A stretch of 64,000 bases of DNA from Eledone cirrhosa (Eukaryota). Location of the stretch: the NCBI GenBank assembly GCA_964016885.1, contig OZ024741.1, forward strand, positions 369,520,001 through 369,584,000. Direction: 5' to 3'. Positions 1-15,485 of the stretch are shown piece by piece. The notes beneath the pieces are model-generated. The model was not told the DNA's origin. It made no database searches and saw only the letters and a program-made list of their open reading frames with translations. Positions within the stretch are counted from its first letter, which is position 1. Each line of letters begins with the position of its first letter. A program made the position numbers and the translations under genes.

Positions 1-361
1 TTATTATTATTATTATTGTTATTAATGTATGTGTGTGTGTATATGTGTGTGTGTGTGTATGTGTATGTATATATATATATATATTTTTAAAAAAACTTTT
101 TTTTATTTTCTTTTTATTTATTTATCATTATTATTATTTTTATTCTTCTCGTGCAATGGCCATACTCGAGGGGGCAGCAATCATATATGTATATATATAT
201 GTATATATGTATGTATGTATATATATATGTATATATATATGTATATATGTATGTATGTATATATATATGTATATATATATGTATATATGTATATATATAT
301 GTATATATGTATGTATATATATATGTATATATATATGTATATATGTATATATATATGTATG

Positions 362-875
362 TAAACAATTAAGTTAAAAATGTACATCTACATATGCATA
401 CTGAAATACTAGTGTGTATATGAATACACACACGTATACATATGTAGGTGTACCAAGTCTTTCACTGGTCGCTTTGCAGTGAGCGGCCAGCTATTCTGTA
501 TGTAAACACACAGACAAACCGGTTTTTAGAGTCATACTGGTTTTTCAGGGGAACACCTTCCCCCTAACAACGAAACTAGTTCAATATTCCTTGTCTGGCT
601 TTCTGAAGAATAGGGGAAGGTGTTCCCCCGAAAAACCAGTATGACTCTAAAAACCGGTTTGTCTGTGTGTTTACATACAGAATAGCTGGCCGCTCACTGC
701 AAAGCGACCAGTGAAAGACTTGGTACACCTACATATGTATACGTGTGTGTATTCATATACACACTAGTATTTCAGTATGCATATGTAGATGTACATTTTT
801 AACTTAATTGTTTAAGCGTCAGTCATACAAAAGTGAGTTACAAACGAAACGAAATTTAATTTCGTTTCGTTATTT
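362..875 (+). mobile_element. Fold-back element, probably a PLE pseudo-LTR: 204-bp inverted arms 362-565 / 611-814, 45-nt spacer, tail to ~875
   Basis: Arms are reverse complements with about one mismatch. The spacer holds GAAAC-TA-GTT (HHR 3' half-like) and CTGAAGA followed by hairpin GGGGAA-GGTG-TTCCCC and GAAA. Flanked by (TA)n. Confidence 0.7.
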
Positions 876-1185
876 GTTTTTATATGTATGTATATATGTA
901 TATATATATGTATATGTATATATATGTATATGTATATATATGTATATATATGTATATATGTATATATATGTATATATGTATATATATGTATACATATATA
1001 TATATGTATATATATATATGTATACATATATATGTATACATATATATGTATGTATATATATGTATATATATCTATATCTATGTATGTATATATATGTATA
1101 TATATGTATGTATATATATGTATATATATGTATGTATATATATGTATATATATGTATGTAAATATATGTATGTATATATATGTAT

Positions 1186-1254
<69 letters not shown>

Positions 1255-1536
1255 TATGTATGTATGTATATATATATGTATGTATATATATATATGTATG
1301 TATATATATATATGTATGTATATATATATATATGTATATATGTATATATATTTATATATATATGTATATGTATATATATGTATATATATATATATATATG
1401 TATATATATGTATATATATATGTATATGTATATATATGTATATGTATATATGTATATGTATAGATATGTATATGTGTATATATATATATGTGTATATATA
1501 TATATGTTTGTATATATATATGTGTATATATATATG

Positions 1537-1567
<31 letters not shown>

Positions 1568-1602
1568 ATGTATATATATATATGTATATATATGTAAGTA
1601 TG

Positions 1603-1761
1603 TGTGTCAGTGTTGAACAAAAAGGTGACGTGGTTGCCTTAACACCGTACGGCATAAAAATTCAGACTGTTCAGTTTGTTTACAAACGAACAAAGCGGCG
1701 TTATAATAAGCGTCCGCTAAACTGATACGTGCATATATGTATGTGAACCTGTATGTATATA

Positions 1762-1855
<94 letters not shown>

Positions 1856-2296
1856 TGCTACTGTACGTCTGTATACATATATGTATGTACGTATACACAC
1901 ATACTTACATTTAAGTAAGTGCCGTACTAAGAGTGAGAAATGAAATTTCGTTTTCATTTTATTTCAACTTATCGTTTTCGGTATGCCTGACCGACTTAGC
2001 TCACTCGATAGGCAAATTAGGCTGCTCAGCCGTTAATTTTCATAAGGAAAGTATATACTTTCGAACGTTCAACTATCTGGCAGATGGGTATACGGTGCTG
2101 ATCATAGCTAACAAGCTTGAAACTAATACATCGTTCCTGTGTCAGTGTTGAACAAAAAGGTGACGTGGTTGCCTTAACACAGTACGGCATAAAAATTCAG
2201 GCTGTTCAGTTTGTCTACAAACGAACAAAGCGGCGTTATAATAAGCGTCCGCTAAACTGATACGTGCATATATGTATGTGTACCTGTATGTATATA

Positions 2297-2342
<46 letters not shown>

Positions 2343-2473
2343 ATATATATATGCATGCTACTGTACGTCTGTATACATATATGTATGTACGTATACACAC
2401 ATACTTACATTTAAGTAAGTGCCGTACTTAAGAGTGAGAAATGAAATTTCGTTTTCATTTTATTTCAACTTAT
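1603..2473 (+). mobile_element. Family B non-coding tandem element, ~535-nt unit x1.6, with degenerate HHR at 2093-2133
   Basis: TGTGTCAGTGTTGAACAAAAAGG... recurs at 1603 and 2138. HHR remnant CGGTG-CTGATCA-TAGC..GCTT-GAAAC-TAATA-CATCG. Homologues at 14093, 55120 and 58449. Confidence 0.8.
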
Positions 2474-2474
2474 G

Positions 2475-2599
<125 letters not shown>

Positions 2600-2781
2600 A
2601 TGTATATATATATGTATATATATATATATATATGTATATATATGTATATATATGTATATGTATATGTATATATATGTATATATGTATATGTATATGTATA
2701 TATATATGTATATGTATATGTATATATATATGTATATGTATATTTGTATATGTATATGTATATGTATATATATGTATATGT

Positions 2782-2813
<32 letters not shown>

Positions 2814-2910
2814 GTGTATATGTATATATATGTATATGTATATATATATATGAATATATATGTATATGTATATATATGTATATGTATATATACATATATG
2901 TATATATATG

Positions 2911-2941
<31 letters not shown>

Positions 2942-3003
2942 ATGTATATATATATGTATGTATATGTATATATATATATGTATATGTATATATATGTATA
3001 TGT

Positions 3004-3036
<33 letters not shown>

Positions 3037-3070
3037 CGTATATGTATATATGTATATGTATATGTATATA

Positions 3071-3131
<61 letters not shown>

Positions 3132-3206
3132 ACGTGTATATGTATATATCTATCTATATATATGTATATGTATACGTATATATATATGTATATATATACG
3201 TATATG

Positions 3207-3242
<36 letters not shown>

Positions 3243-3269
3243 TGTATATGTATATATATATGTATATAT

Positions 3270-3303
<34 letters not shown>

Positions 3304-3351
3304 GTATATGTATATATATATATGTATTTGTATATATATATGTATATATAT

Positions 3352-3383
<32 letters not shown>

Positions 3384-3436
3384 GTATTTGTATATATATA
3401 TGTATATGTATACATATATATATATATATGTATATG

Positions 3437-3469
<33 letters not shown>

Positions 3470-3619
3470 GTATATGTATATATATGTATATGTATAAATA
3501 TGTATATATATATATGTATATGTATATTTATGTATATGTATATATATATATGTGTATGTATATATATGTATATATATATGTATATGTATATGTATATATA
3601 TGTATATGTATATGTATAT

Positions 3620-3699
<80 letters not shown>

Positions 3700-3853
3700 A
3701 TATATATGTATATATATATATATGTATATATATATATGTAAGTGTATATATATGTATATATATATATATGTATGTGTATATATATGTATATATATATATA
3801 TGTAAGTGTATATATATGTATATATATTGATGTATCTGTATACATATGTATAT

Positions 3854-3920
<67 letters not shown>

Positions 3921-4080
3921 TGTATGTATGTATGTATGTATATACATGTATATATATGTGTATGTATATATATATGTATGTATGTATATATATATGTATG
4001 TATATATATATGTATGTATATGTATATATATCAATATATATATATGTATATATATCAATATGTATATATGTATATATATG

Positions 4081-4144
<64 letters not shown>

Positions 4145-4401
4145 TATACATGTAGATATGTGTATGTATATATATATGTATGTATGTATATATATATGTA
4201 TGTATATATATATGTATGTATATGTATATATATCAATATATATATATGTATATATATCAATATGTATATATGTATATATATCAATATGTATATATGTATA
4301 TATATCAATATGTATATATATATCAATATGTATATATGTATATATATCAATATGTATATATATATATATCAATATGTATATATATATGTGTATATATATC
4401 A

Positions 4402-4472
<71 letters not shown>

Positions 4473-4604
4473 TATAGATATATATAGGTATATATAGATA
4501 TATATATGTATATATATATGTATGTATATAGATATATTTATGTATATATATGTATATGTATGCATATATATGTATATATATGTATATATATGTACATATA
4601 TATG

Positions 4605-4637
<33 letters not shown>

Positions 4638-4794
4638 GTATGTATATATATGTATATGTATGTATATATATGTTTATATATGTATATATATGTATATATA
4701 TATATATGTATGTATATATATATGTATGTATATATATGTATATATATATATATGTATATATATATATGTATGTATATATATGTATATATATGTA

Positions 4795-4825
<31 letters not shown>

Positions 4826-4832
4826 ATGTATG

Positions 4833-4863
<31 letters not shown>

Positions 4864-4936
4864 ATATATGTATATATATGTATGTATGTATATATGTATA
4901 TATATATGTATGTATATATGTATATATATATATATG

Positions 4937-4974
<38 letters not shown>

Positions 4975-5157
4975 TGTATGTATATAAAAATGTATATATA
5001 TATGTATATGTATATATATGTATATATATATGTATATGTATATATATATATATGTATATGTATATATATGTATATGTAAATATATGTATATGTATATATA
5101 TGTATATGTGTATATATATATATGTTCTATATATATATATGTGTATATAAATATGTG

Positions 5158-5204
<47 letters not shown>

Positions 5205-5769
5205 GTGTATATATATATATATGTATATATATATATGTATATATATATGTGTATGTATATATATATGTATATATATATATGTGTATATATATATGTATAT
5301 ATATATATTTATATGTATATATATATATATGTACATATATATATATGTATATATATATATATATGTATATATGTATATGTATATATATATGTATATATAT
5401 ATATGTATATATATGTATATATATGTATATATATGTATATATATGTATATGTATATGTATATATATGTATATGTATATATGTATATGTATATGTATATAT
5501 ATATGTATATGTATATATATATGTATATGTATATATGTATATATATGTATATGTATATATATATATATTTATATGTATATATGTATATGTATATATATAT
5601 ATGTATATATATACACATATATATATATATGTATATGTATATATATGTATATGTATATATATGTATATGTATATATATATATATGTATATGTATATATGT
5701 ATATATATATGTATATATATATGTATATGTATATGTATATATATATGTATATATATATATATGTATATG

Positions 5770-5803
<34 letters not shown>

Positions 5804-5896
5804 TATATGTATATGTATATATATATATATGTATTTGTATATATATATGTATATGTATATATATATGTATATGTACATATATATGTATATGTATAT

Positions 5897-5958
<62 letters not shown>

Positions 5959-6132
5959 GTATATATATATATGTATATGTATATATTTATATATATGTAT
6001 ATGTATATATATGTATATGTATATATATATATATGTATATATATGTATATATATGTATATCTATATATATGTGTATGTATATATATGTATATATATATGT
6101 ATATGTATATGTATATATATGTATATGTATAT

Positions 6133-6180
<48 letters not shown>

Positions 6181-6197
6181 GTATGTGTATATGTAGG

Positions 6198-6230
<33 letters not shown>

Positions 6231-6449
6231 GTATGTGTATATATATGTATATATATATATGTATGTGTATATATATGTATATATATATATGTATATGTAT
6301 GTATGTGTATATATATGTATATATATATATGTATGTGTATATATATGTATCTATATATATATGTATGTGTATATATATGTATATATATGTATGTGTATAT
6401 ATTTGTATATATATTTATGTATCTGTATATATATGTATGTATATATATG

Positions 6450-6496
<47 letters not shown>

Positions 6497-6926
6497 GTAT
6501 GTATATACATGTATATATATGTGTATGTATATATATATATGCATGTATATATATATATGTATGTATATATATATGTATGTATATGTATATATATCAATAT
6601 GTATATATGTATATATATCAATATATATATATGTATATATATCAATATGTATATATGTATATATATAAACATGTATATATATATCAATATGTATATATGT
6701 ATATATATAAAATATGTATATATATATATCAATATGTATATATATATATATGTATATATATATCAATATGTATATATATATATATATACATATAGATATA
6801 TATAGATATATATGTATATATATGTATATATATATATATGTATGTATATATATATATTTATGTATATATATGTATATGTATGCATATATATGTATATATA
6901 TGTATATATATGTATATATATATATG

Positions 6927-6959
<33 letters not shown>

Positions 6960-7024
6960 GTATTTATATATATGTATATGTATGTATATATATGTATATG
7001 TATGTATATATATGTTTATATATG

Positions 7025-7057
<33 letters not shown>

Positions 7058-7091
7058 GTATGTATATATATATATGTATGTATATATATGT

Positions 7092-7131
<40 letters not shown>

Positions 7132-7178
7132 GGATATATATATATGTATATATATATGTATATATATATGTGTATATG

Positions 7179-7213
<35 letters not shown>

Positions 7214-7226
7214 GTATATATATATG

Positions 7227-7318
<92 letters not shown>

Positions 7319-7518
7319 GATGTATATATATATATGTATATATGTATATATGTATATATATATAAGTATATATATATATATGTATATGTATATATATATA
7401 TGTATATATATATATATGTATATTTATATGTATATATATATATATGTATATGTATATATATGTATATGTATATATATATATGTATATATATATATGTATA
7501 TGTATATATATGTATATG

Positions 7519-7573
<55 letters not shown>

Positions 7574-7814
7574 GTTTATATATATATATGTATATATATA
7601 TGTATGTATATATATATGTATATACATGTATGTATATATATATGTATATATATGTATATATATATGTATATATATATGTATGTATATATATATATGTATA
7701 TATATGTATGTATATATATAAATGTATATATATGTATATATATATGTATGTATATATATATATGTATATACATGTATATATATATGTATATATATATGTA
7801 TATATATATATATG

Positions 7815-7849
<35 letters not shown>

Positions 7850-7951
7850 GTATGTATATATATGTATATATATATGTATATGTATGTATATATATGTATA
7901 TATATATGTATATGTATATATGTATATATATATTTTTATATGTATATGTAT

Positions 7952-8227
7952 CATCATCATCATCATCATCATTTTACGTCCGCTTTTCCCTGCTTGCAAG
8001 GGTGGGACGGGGTCTTATTCAGCACAGCATCTCTCCACTCGTCACGGTCCCTCGTCATCTCCACCGTGAGCTTCAATGATCTGAGGTCTGATCTCCCCAC
8101 CTCTGCCCATGTTTTTCGTGGTCTACCTCTACCACGTATCTTCCTTCAACTGACATTTCCTGGTACTTCTTCACCCATCGGTCAACCTCCATGCGCATCA
8201 CATGTCCATACCACCTCAGTCTCCTAT
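7952..8227 (-). mobile_element. RTE-clade LINE 3' fragment with (ATG)n tail
   Basis: Minus-strand [13 protein letters not shown] motif typical of the RTE ORF C-terminus, followed by TAAAATGATGATG tail. Confidence 0.75.
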
Positions 8228-8266
8228 ATGTAAATAAATATGTATGTATATATGTATATATATATG

Positions 8267-8299
<33 letters not shown>

Positions 8300-8778
8300 G
8301 TATACATATATATGTATACATATATATGTATGTATATATCTGTATATATAAAGGTTATCATATACATAAAATTAAATATATATATATGTTGAAACTGTTC
8401 ACTTTTAAGCTCAATGAAGAATTAATATATTAAAATCAAAAAATCAGAGCATTATATCATAAATCATGTTATAGAATCAATCAGATATTAAAATATATAC
8501 TATTTCTTCCTCTAATCACCATAATTAACCATATACAAAATTTATGATATATGTATATATATGTATATGTATATATATATATATGTATGTATATATATGT
8601 ATATATATGAATATATATATATATGTATATATATGTATATATATATATGTATATATATATGTATGTATATATATATATATGTATATATATATGTATGTAT
8701 ATATATATGTGTATATATATATGTATGTATATATATATGTGTATATATATATGTATATTTATTAAAATAACAGAGTAA

Positions 8779-8829
8779 AGTTTAAGCAAAGAATCGCTGC
8801 TTTCACCCTTAACGGGATCTTCTGAAACT
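8779..8829 (-). ncRNA. Type-I hammerhead motif with variant core CAGAAGA
   Basis: Minus strand: AGTTT-CAGAAGA-T CCC GTTAA GGG T-GAAA-GCA..TGC-TT-AAACT. Stems I, II and III all pair; predicted CUU cleavage. Confidence 0.75.
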
Positions 8830-9667
8830 AACAAAGTCAATCTGTAAACGCAGAACTGGATATTTCAAAAAACGTTGCAACCGGAGGAAGACAGGAAGAC
8901 GATACTTTGGTTCGTGGTGACGTTCGCTGGAAAAGAACGGGAAAAAACGAATAATACCTCATTAATAGGAGCGGTGAAAAACAATTACGCGCAAAGACAG
9001 AACCACGTTTATGGTATAAAAGAAGTCGTAGACTAATGTTCTCTTAGGTGGTGCATAGAGACGTTCTCTGGCAATGAACGAAAAAACGAAGATAATAAGT
9101 CATATGTGGAACGTGGAGAACAATAGCACGCAAAGACAAAACCATGTAAATGGTATAGCAGAAGTTGTAGACTAAAACTCTAACTAGTAGACCAAATGAA
9201 TCTCCGCTACAGAGTTAAGAACAAAGTAAATAAATACAATACAGAAGTAATAGAAACAAATAAATACATACACGCAAACAGATACGTACATACACAAGCA
9301 TACGCAAAACCTTACCATAGGTATACAAAACCACGCACATATAAATATGTGTGTGTATGCTTGTGTACAAATAAATAAATAATTATATAAACGTATATAA
9401 GTAAATAAATACGTATATAACAAACGCACACACATACCTACAAATAAATACACGAATGTTCGGAGACGTAAGTCAACGAAAACAAGAAGTACACATATAC
9501 ACACACCCACCATACGTACGAACCGGCATACTCACGCAGACGCAAAACTCTCGTATACACATAGCCAAACCCTAAATACCAGAATATGTAAAAATTATAC
9601 GCCATAACAGTCAAATATACGTACGAGAAGGTATACACACCTTCACAAACATACGGGTAATATATAC

Positions 9668-11545
9668 TTACCTATGCAAATAAGTAAAGGAATAAACAAA
9701 ACATATACTTAGCTCCCACATCAAGACGTAAAATATCCACGTATAGATCGTGCTATCCGTTAGGGTATAACGTAGGGCTGTAATACAGGAAAGTTTTGTG
9801 CAATTTATGTTTACAAGCCGAAATTGCCTCAGATTTTTTTTTAAGATGTGGTCTGTGGCGTAGAGTATTTCCAGGGCCTCAGCGGCGCAGTGGTCAGATG
9901 GTCTTTTATTTCCGTTATACGATCTAGCCCTAGCTAGGATCTCCCAGTGTAACTTATATTGGGTGTGATTGTCTTTTAGACTCCAGATATAAGCTGAAAG
10001 TGACGTCATATTCCTTCTTAGAGGGTAACGAAAAGAATGGGTATGCATGTAAAGACGCTGCTTGAAACTATTAGCGGTTAACCCTATGTAGGCCCTATGG
10101 GACGTGGGTGTTACAACCTTACATTTGTAGACAATGTTACTAGAGAGGCATTTCCCGGATAGAGGACAATCAGCCCGATTCCTACAATTACAGTTAGTAC
10201 TAACTACAGGGTTGCACGTGTTCCTACGGCTAGGTAGTTTAGCTAAATTTGAAGCTGTGATGTTATGTGTAAGGTTAGGAGTCGTAGAGTATGAAATTTT
10301 AATAGTATTTCTATTAAAAATTTTACTATATTTATGTGTAGGGGGAAAATGCTTCGTAATAAGGGAAAGAAAGATCTTAGCTAATGGTGTGGCCACCTCC
10401 ATATTATATGGTGGGTTAAACCAACAAATGCGACGGGATCTATTTCTTCTAGGTCTATTTTCGTACTCTGTATATGCTACCTTATCGACAAATCCACTTC
10501 GAGCAAGAGCTTCATTGTAATAAGTGGAATGGTCGTTGAAAATGCGCTCGTTGGTGGAAAGACGGGAAGCCTCAACGAAACGTTTTTTTACCAGGTTCTT
10601 GGTTATGCTGGCAGGATGGTTGGAATGCTTACTTATGTAATTAAGCGTATCATTCGGCTTTCTATACGGGTAATACAACCCATTCAATAAATTGAGGGTA
10701 ACGTCGAGGTAATTAACGACCGAGAGATTGGCCTCAACCTGTATAGAGAGGTTGAAGCCTTTAAAGAAGGCTGTGAGTTCTTTTCTGAACCTGTCGCAAG
10801 CACGATGTCCGCACTTTGTCATGGTCAAAAGACCCATCGTCACGGTACAAACCACCGCCCGCGTTGGGGAATTCGTCCTTGATAGAGAAAAGAAGGAAAA
10901 GGCCAATAAGATCAGCAACCTCCGCAGAGTCACTGGCGCCCATACTCACGTCGAATGGGGGTCCCTATTGGATTTTTTAATCCAAATAGAGTCGTCGAAA
11001 TTAATCACCGACTTTCGGGCATTAAGGATGACATCAACTTCGAAATCCTTAACCACTGTGAGTGTTTTAGCGAAATTGATAGCTCTAAGGAGAAGTGGTA
11101 AAGTGATGGAGGAGTAGTAATTGTTGATGTCGAATTGGATAAAACGGCAATGTTCCTTGTTACATATGCCGTTGAACCAATCAATCACCGCGAAAGAATT
11201 GTTCCACAGTGCGAGAGGGACCAAACTTTTAATTTGAGGTATAATTCTATCAAGAATCGTTTTACTAAGTCTACCTAAATCGGACTTCGTAGGGTTAATA
11301 AGCCGAATAGAGGGGTTGTTCGGAAAATTTGATTTGTGGTCCTTCAGGGTAAAGTGGGGAGAGATAGGGTCCAGAGGTTCGGGCCGGTCCAGGATGTTGA
11401 GATCATATGTGATTTTAAACCCAGCATCGTTGATTTCATTGATGACACACCGATTAGTTTTACGGTAATCCTTAGTTACAGCATTATGAAGTAGTTGATG
11501 GTAAGTACTGCGCTCCACTTGATATAGGTTGCCAGTTTTGTCTTG
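9668..11545 (-). pseudogene. Frameshifted PLE reverse transcriptase + GIY-YIG endonuclease
   Basis: Split over ORFs 10946-11518, 10761-10949 and 9668-10933: HFTLKDHK..RLINP, FIQFDINNYY, MGASDSAEVADLIG, LYRDDG, NYLDVTL, WFNPPY, CNC..CPLSGKC, NIVYKC..YIGLT. Confidence 0.9.
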
Positions 11546-11910
11546 CTTAAACTTTAATCTGTTATTTTAATAAATATTTGCTCTTCGGTTCTTATATACT
11601 TGATATATATTTTCCTTATCGAGCCCTCTTTGGATTTTAGTCTTCAATTTTATTATTATTACTATATATATGTATATATATGTGTATATATATGTATGTA
11701 TATATATATGTATGTATATATATATGTATGTATGTATATATATATGTGTATATATATATATGTATGTATATATATCTATATATATGTATGTATATATATC
11801 TATATATATGTATATATATGTATGTATATATATGTATATATATGTATGTATATATATGTATATATATGTATGTATATATATGTATATATATGTATATATA
11901 TATATGTATA

Positions 11911-11963
<53 letters not shown>

Positions 11964-12064
11964 GTATATATATATATATGTATATATATGTATATATATA
12001 TATATATGTGTATATATATAGATAGGTAAATATACACGGGTGTGTATGTTTGTGTATAGAAGAT

Positions 12065-12258
12065 TATATTAATAAGAGGAATTCCAACTTTGTCTGATTT
12101 ACTCGTTTTATTTACAATCCATTAAAATATATAATGGTATTATAATGAAATAGTATGATAGAATATTAAATTCTAAGTGTTAATTGAACAAGTACTTTCA
12201 TGTTTTCGCAATCTTCAGGTTCATAATATGTGGTGACAGTCAAGGTTGCAATTTTCAA
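12065..12258 (-). mobile_element. Solo pLTR 3' fragment of the Neptune element at 39-42 kb, with HHR at 12186-12222
   Basis: Near-identical reverse complement of ~41755-41950. GAAC-CTGAAGA-..-GAAA-GTAC-TT-GTTC. Confidence 0.88.
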
Positions 12259-12588
12259 TATATGTGTATATATATGTATATATATGTATATATATATATG
12301 TATATATATGTATATATATGTATATATATGTATATATATATATATGTATATATATATGTATATATATGTATATATATATGTATATATATGTATATATAAA
12401 TGTTTATATATATGTATATATATATATATGTATATATATGTATATATATATATGTATATATATATATGTATATATATATATGTATATATATATCTATGTA
12501 TATGTATATATATATATGTATATATATATGTATATATGTATGTATATGTATATATATATGTATATATATATGTATATATATATGTATG

Positions 12589-12640
<52 letters not shown>

Positions 12641-12723
12641 TGTATATATATGAATATATATATATATATATGTATATATGTAGATATATATATATATATA
12701 TATGTAGATATATATATGTATAT

Positions 12724-12779
<56 letters not shown>

Positions 12780-12828
12780 TTATATATATATATATGTATA
12801 TATATATGTATATATTTATGTATATATT

Positions 12829-12861
<33 letters not shown>

Positions 12862-13021
12862 GTATATATATATGTAGATATATATATATGTATATATGTA
12901 GATATATATATATGTATATATATATATGTATATATATATATATGTATATATATATTTATATATTTATATATATATATATGTATATATATATGTATATATT
13001 TACATATATATATGTATATAT

Positions 13022-13415
13022 ACGTGGGAAAGTAAAAATTCGGAGAATAGACCGTTAAAACATGTTTATTTAAAATATCACCTACGTACGTTTCGCCCAG
13101 TTGGGCTTCTCAAGGGCATAAATAATCACAAGTGTTCCCTATATAGTTCGGAAATTGTAATTATTTATGCCCTTGAGAAGCCCAACTGGGCGAAACGTAC
13201 GTAGGTGATATTTTAAATAAACACGTTTTAACGGTCTAATCTCCGAATTTTTACTTTCCCACGTGCTTACGCTCTGCTAACTCTCTAGCCCACTAAATAT
13301 TAACACTTCGAAAATTTAATACTGCCGGCACTAGTATCGAGCACCTTTGGCATACGCTACTTGGCAAATAACTATATGTATCACCTATCCCTCCTTTTTC
13401 TCTCTTTCTCGATAC
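13022..13415 (+). mobile_element. Fold-back pLTR-like element: ~110-bp inverted arms 13022-13131 / 13155-13264 plus tail
   Basis: Arms nearly identical in reverse complement; each carries an HHR motif. Confidence 0.8.
13170..13206 (+). ncRNA. Minimal hammerhead motif, U3-A8 core variant (mirror copy at 13080-13116 on -)
   Basis: CC-TTGAGAA-GCCC AACT GGGC-GAAAC-GTAC-GTA-GG. Palindromic stem III ACGTACGT; stem I only about 2 bp. Confidence 0.65.
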
Positions 13416-13445
13416 GTAAATACTATATATGTATATATATATATA

Positions 13446-13494
<49 letters not shown>

Positions 13495-13622
13495 ATAAAA
13501 TATTAAACAAATAATGAATAAACAATTCCTTATATTAAACAAAAAAAGTTCATTATTTTAAATAATGAACTTTTTTGTTTAATATAAGGAATTGTTTATT
13601 CATTATTTGTTTAATATTTTAT
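13495..13622. repeat. Near-perfect AT-rich palindrome, ~64-bp arms, centre ~13559
   Basis: Direct reading; unique sequence continues to ~13755. Confidence 0.9.
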
Positions 13623-13753
13623 CTTGACTCTGTATACCGTTTATCTTTCACCGAAAGTGATTTTTCATTACATCTCTTCTTTCCATGATATCCGGAATAC
13701 ATTGAGTTCTTCATACGGATTGGACACTACCGTAAACTCTTGGTAGATTTATC

Positions 13754-13828
<75 letters not shown>

Positions 13829-13849
13829 GTATATATATATATGTATATG

Positions 13850-13880
<31 letters not shown>

Positions 13881-13902
13881 GTATATATATGTATATATAT
13901 AT

Positions 13903-13934
<32 letters not shown>

Positions 13935-14027
13935 GTATATGTATATAAATATATATATGTATATATATGTATATATATTTATATATATATATGTATATAT
14001 ATATGTATATATATATATATGTATATA

Positions 14028-14074
<47 letters not shown>

Positions 14075-14092
14075 ATATATACATATATATAT

Positions 14093-14430
14093 ACGTTCAA
14101 CAATCTGGCAGGAAGGTATACGTTGCTGACGATAGCTAGCAAGCTTGAAACTAGTACAGCGTTCCTTTGTCAGTGTTGAACAAACGAGCAACGGTGGTTG
14201 CTAGACACTACGGCTTAATACGGGATGTTTGTTTACAAACACACCGAGCATTATAATAAATGTTCGGTGAATCCATACGTGCATATATATATGTGTGCAT
14301 GTATGTATATATATATACATACTACTGTACGTCGGTATACATATATGTATGTACGTATACATACTTATATTTAAGTAACAGCCGTACTAAGAGTGGGAAA
14401 TGAAATATCGTTTCATTTTTTCCGTTTATA
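14093..14430 (+). mobile_element. Family B copy
   Basis: Collinear with 2065-2470, diverged. Confidence 0.8.
14121..14161 (+). ncRNA. Minimal type-I hammerhead ribozyme motif
   Basis: CGTTG-CTGACGA-T AGC TAGCAA GCT T-GAAAC-TA-GTA-CAGCG. 5-bp stem I, palindromic ACTAGT stem III, predicted cleavage after 14156. Confidence 0.88.
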
Positions 14431-14790
14431 TGTATATATATATATATGTATATATATATGTATATATATATATGTATATAAATTGTACTATACATATATA
14501 TATACATATATATATATACATATATATATACATATATATATACATATATATATACATATATACATATATATATGTATATATGTATATGTATATATGTATA
14601 TATGTATATATGTATATACATATGTATATATGTATATATATATACATATATATATACATATATACATATATATATGTATTTATGTATATATAGAAGTATT
14701 TCTTAGAGCTTAATATGATCAGAAGTATTTCTTAGAGCTTAATAATTGTATTTGACTCCTGAGTGAAAACTCTAAATTATAATATATATG

Positions 14791-14855
<65 letters not shown>

Positions 14856-14866
14856 GTATATATATG

Positions 14867-14931
<65 letters not shown>

Positions 14932-14998
14932 GTATATATATGTATATATATATGTATATATATGTATATATATATGTATATATATATATGTATATATT

Positions 14999-15053
<55 letters not shown>

Positions 15054-15054
15054 G

Positions 15055-15101
<47 letters not shown>

Positions 15102-15134
15102 GTGTATATATATATATATGTGTATATATATATG

Positions 15135-15233
<99 letters not shown>

Positions 15234-15452
15234 CTCTCTATATATATATGTATATATATATGTATATGTATATATATATGTATATATATATGTATATGTA
15301 TATATATATGTATATATATATGTATATATATATATGTATATATGTATATATATATGTATATGTATATATATATGTATATGTATATATATGTATATATATG
15401 TATATATATATATATGTATATATACAACCAACATAAACTCAAAATCTATATG

Positions 15453-15485
<33 letters not shown>

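Larger units (their letters stand above)
8760..11650 (-). mobile_element. Penelope-like element (WFNPP-type, possibly Hydra/Nematis clade), 5'-truncated, with 3' pLTR and inverted pLTR piece at 11543-11650
   Basis: RT and GIY-YIG motifs. 11543-11578 is the reverse complement of the 8752-8788 terminus. HHR motif at 8779-8829. Confidence 0.9.
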
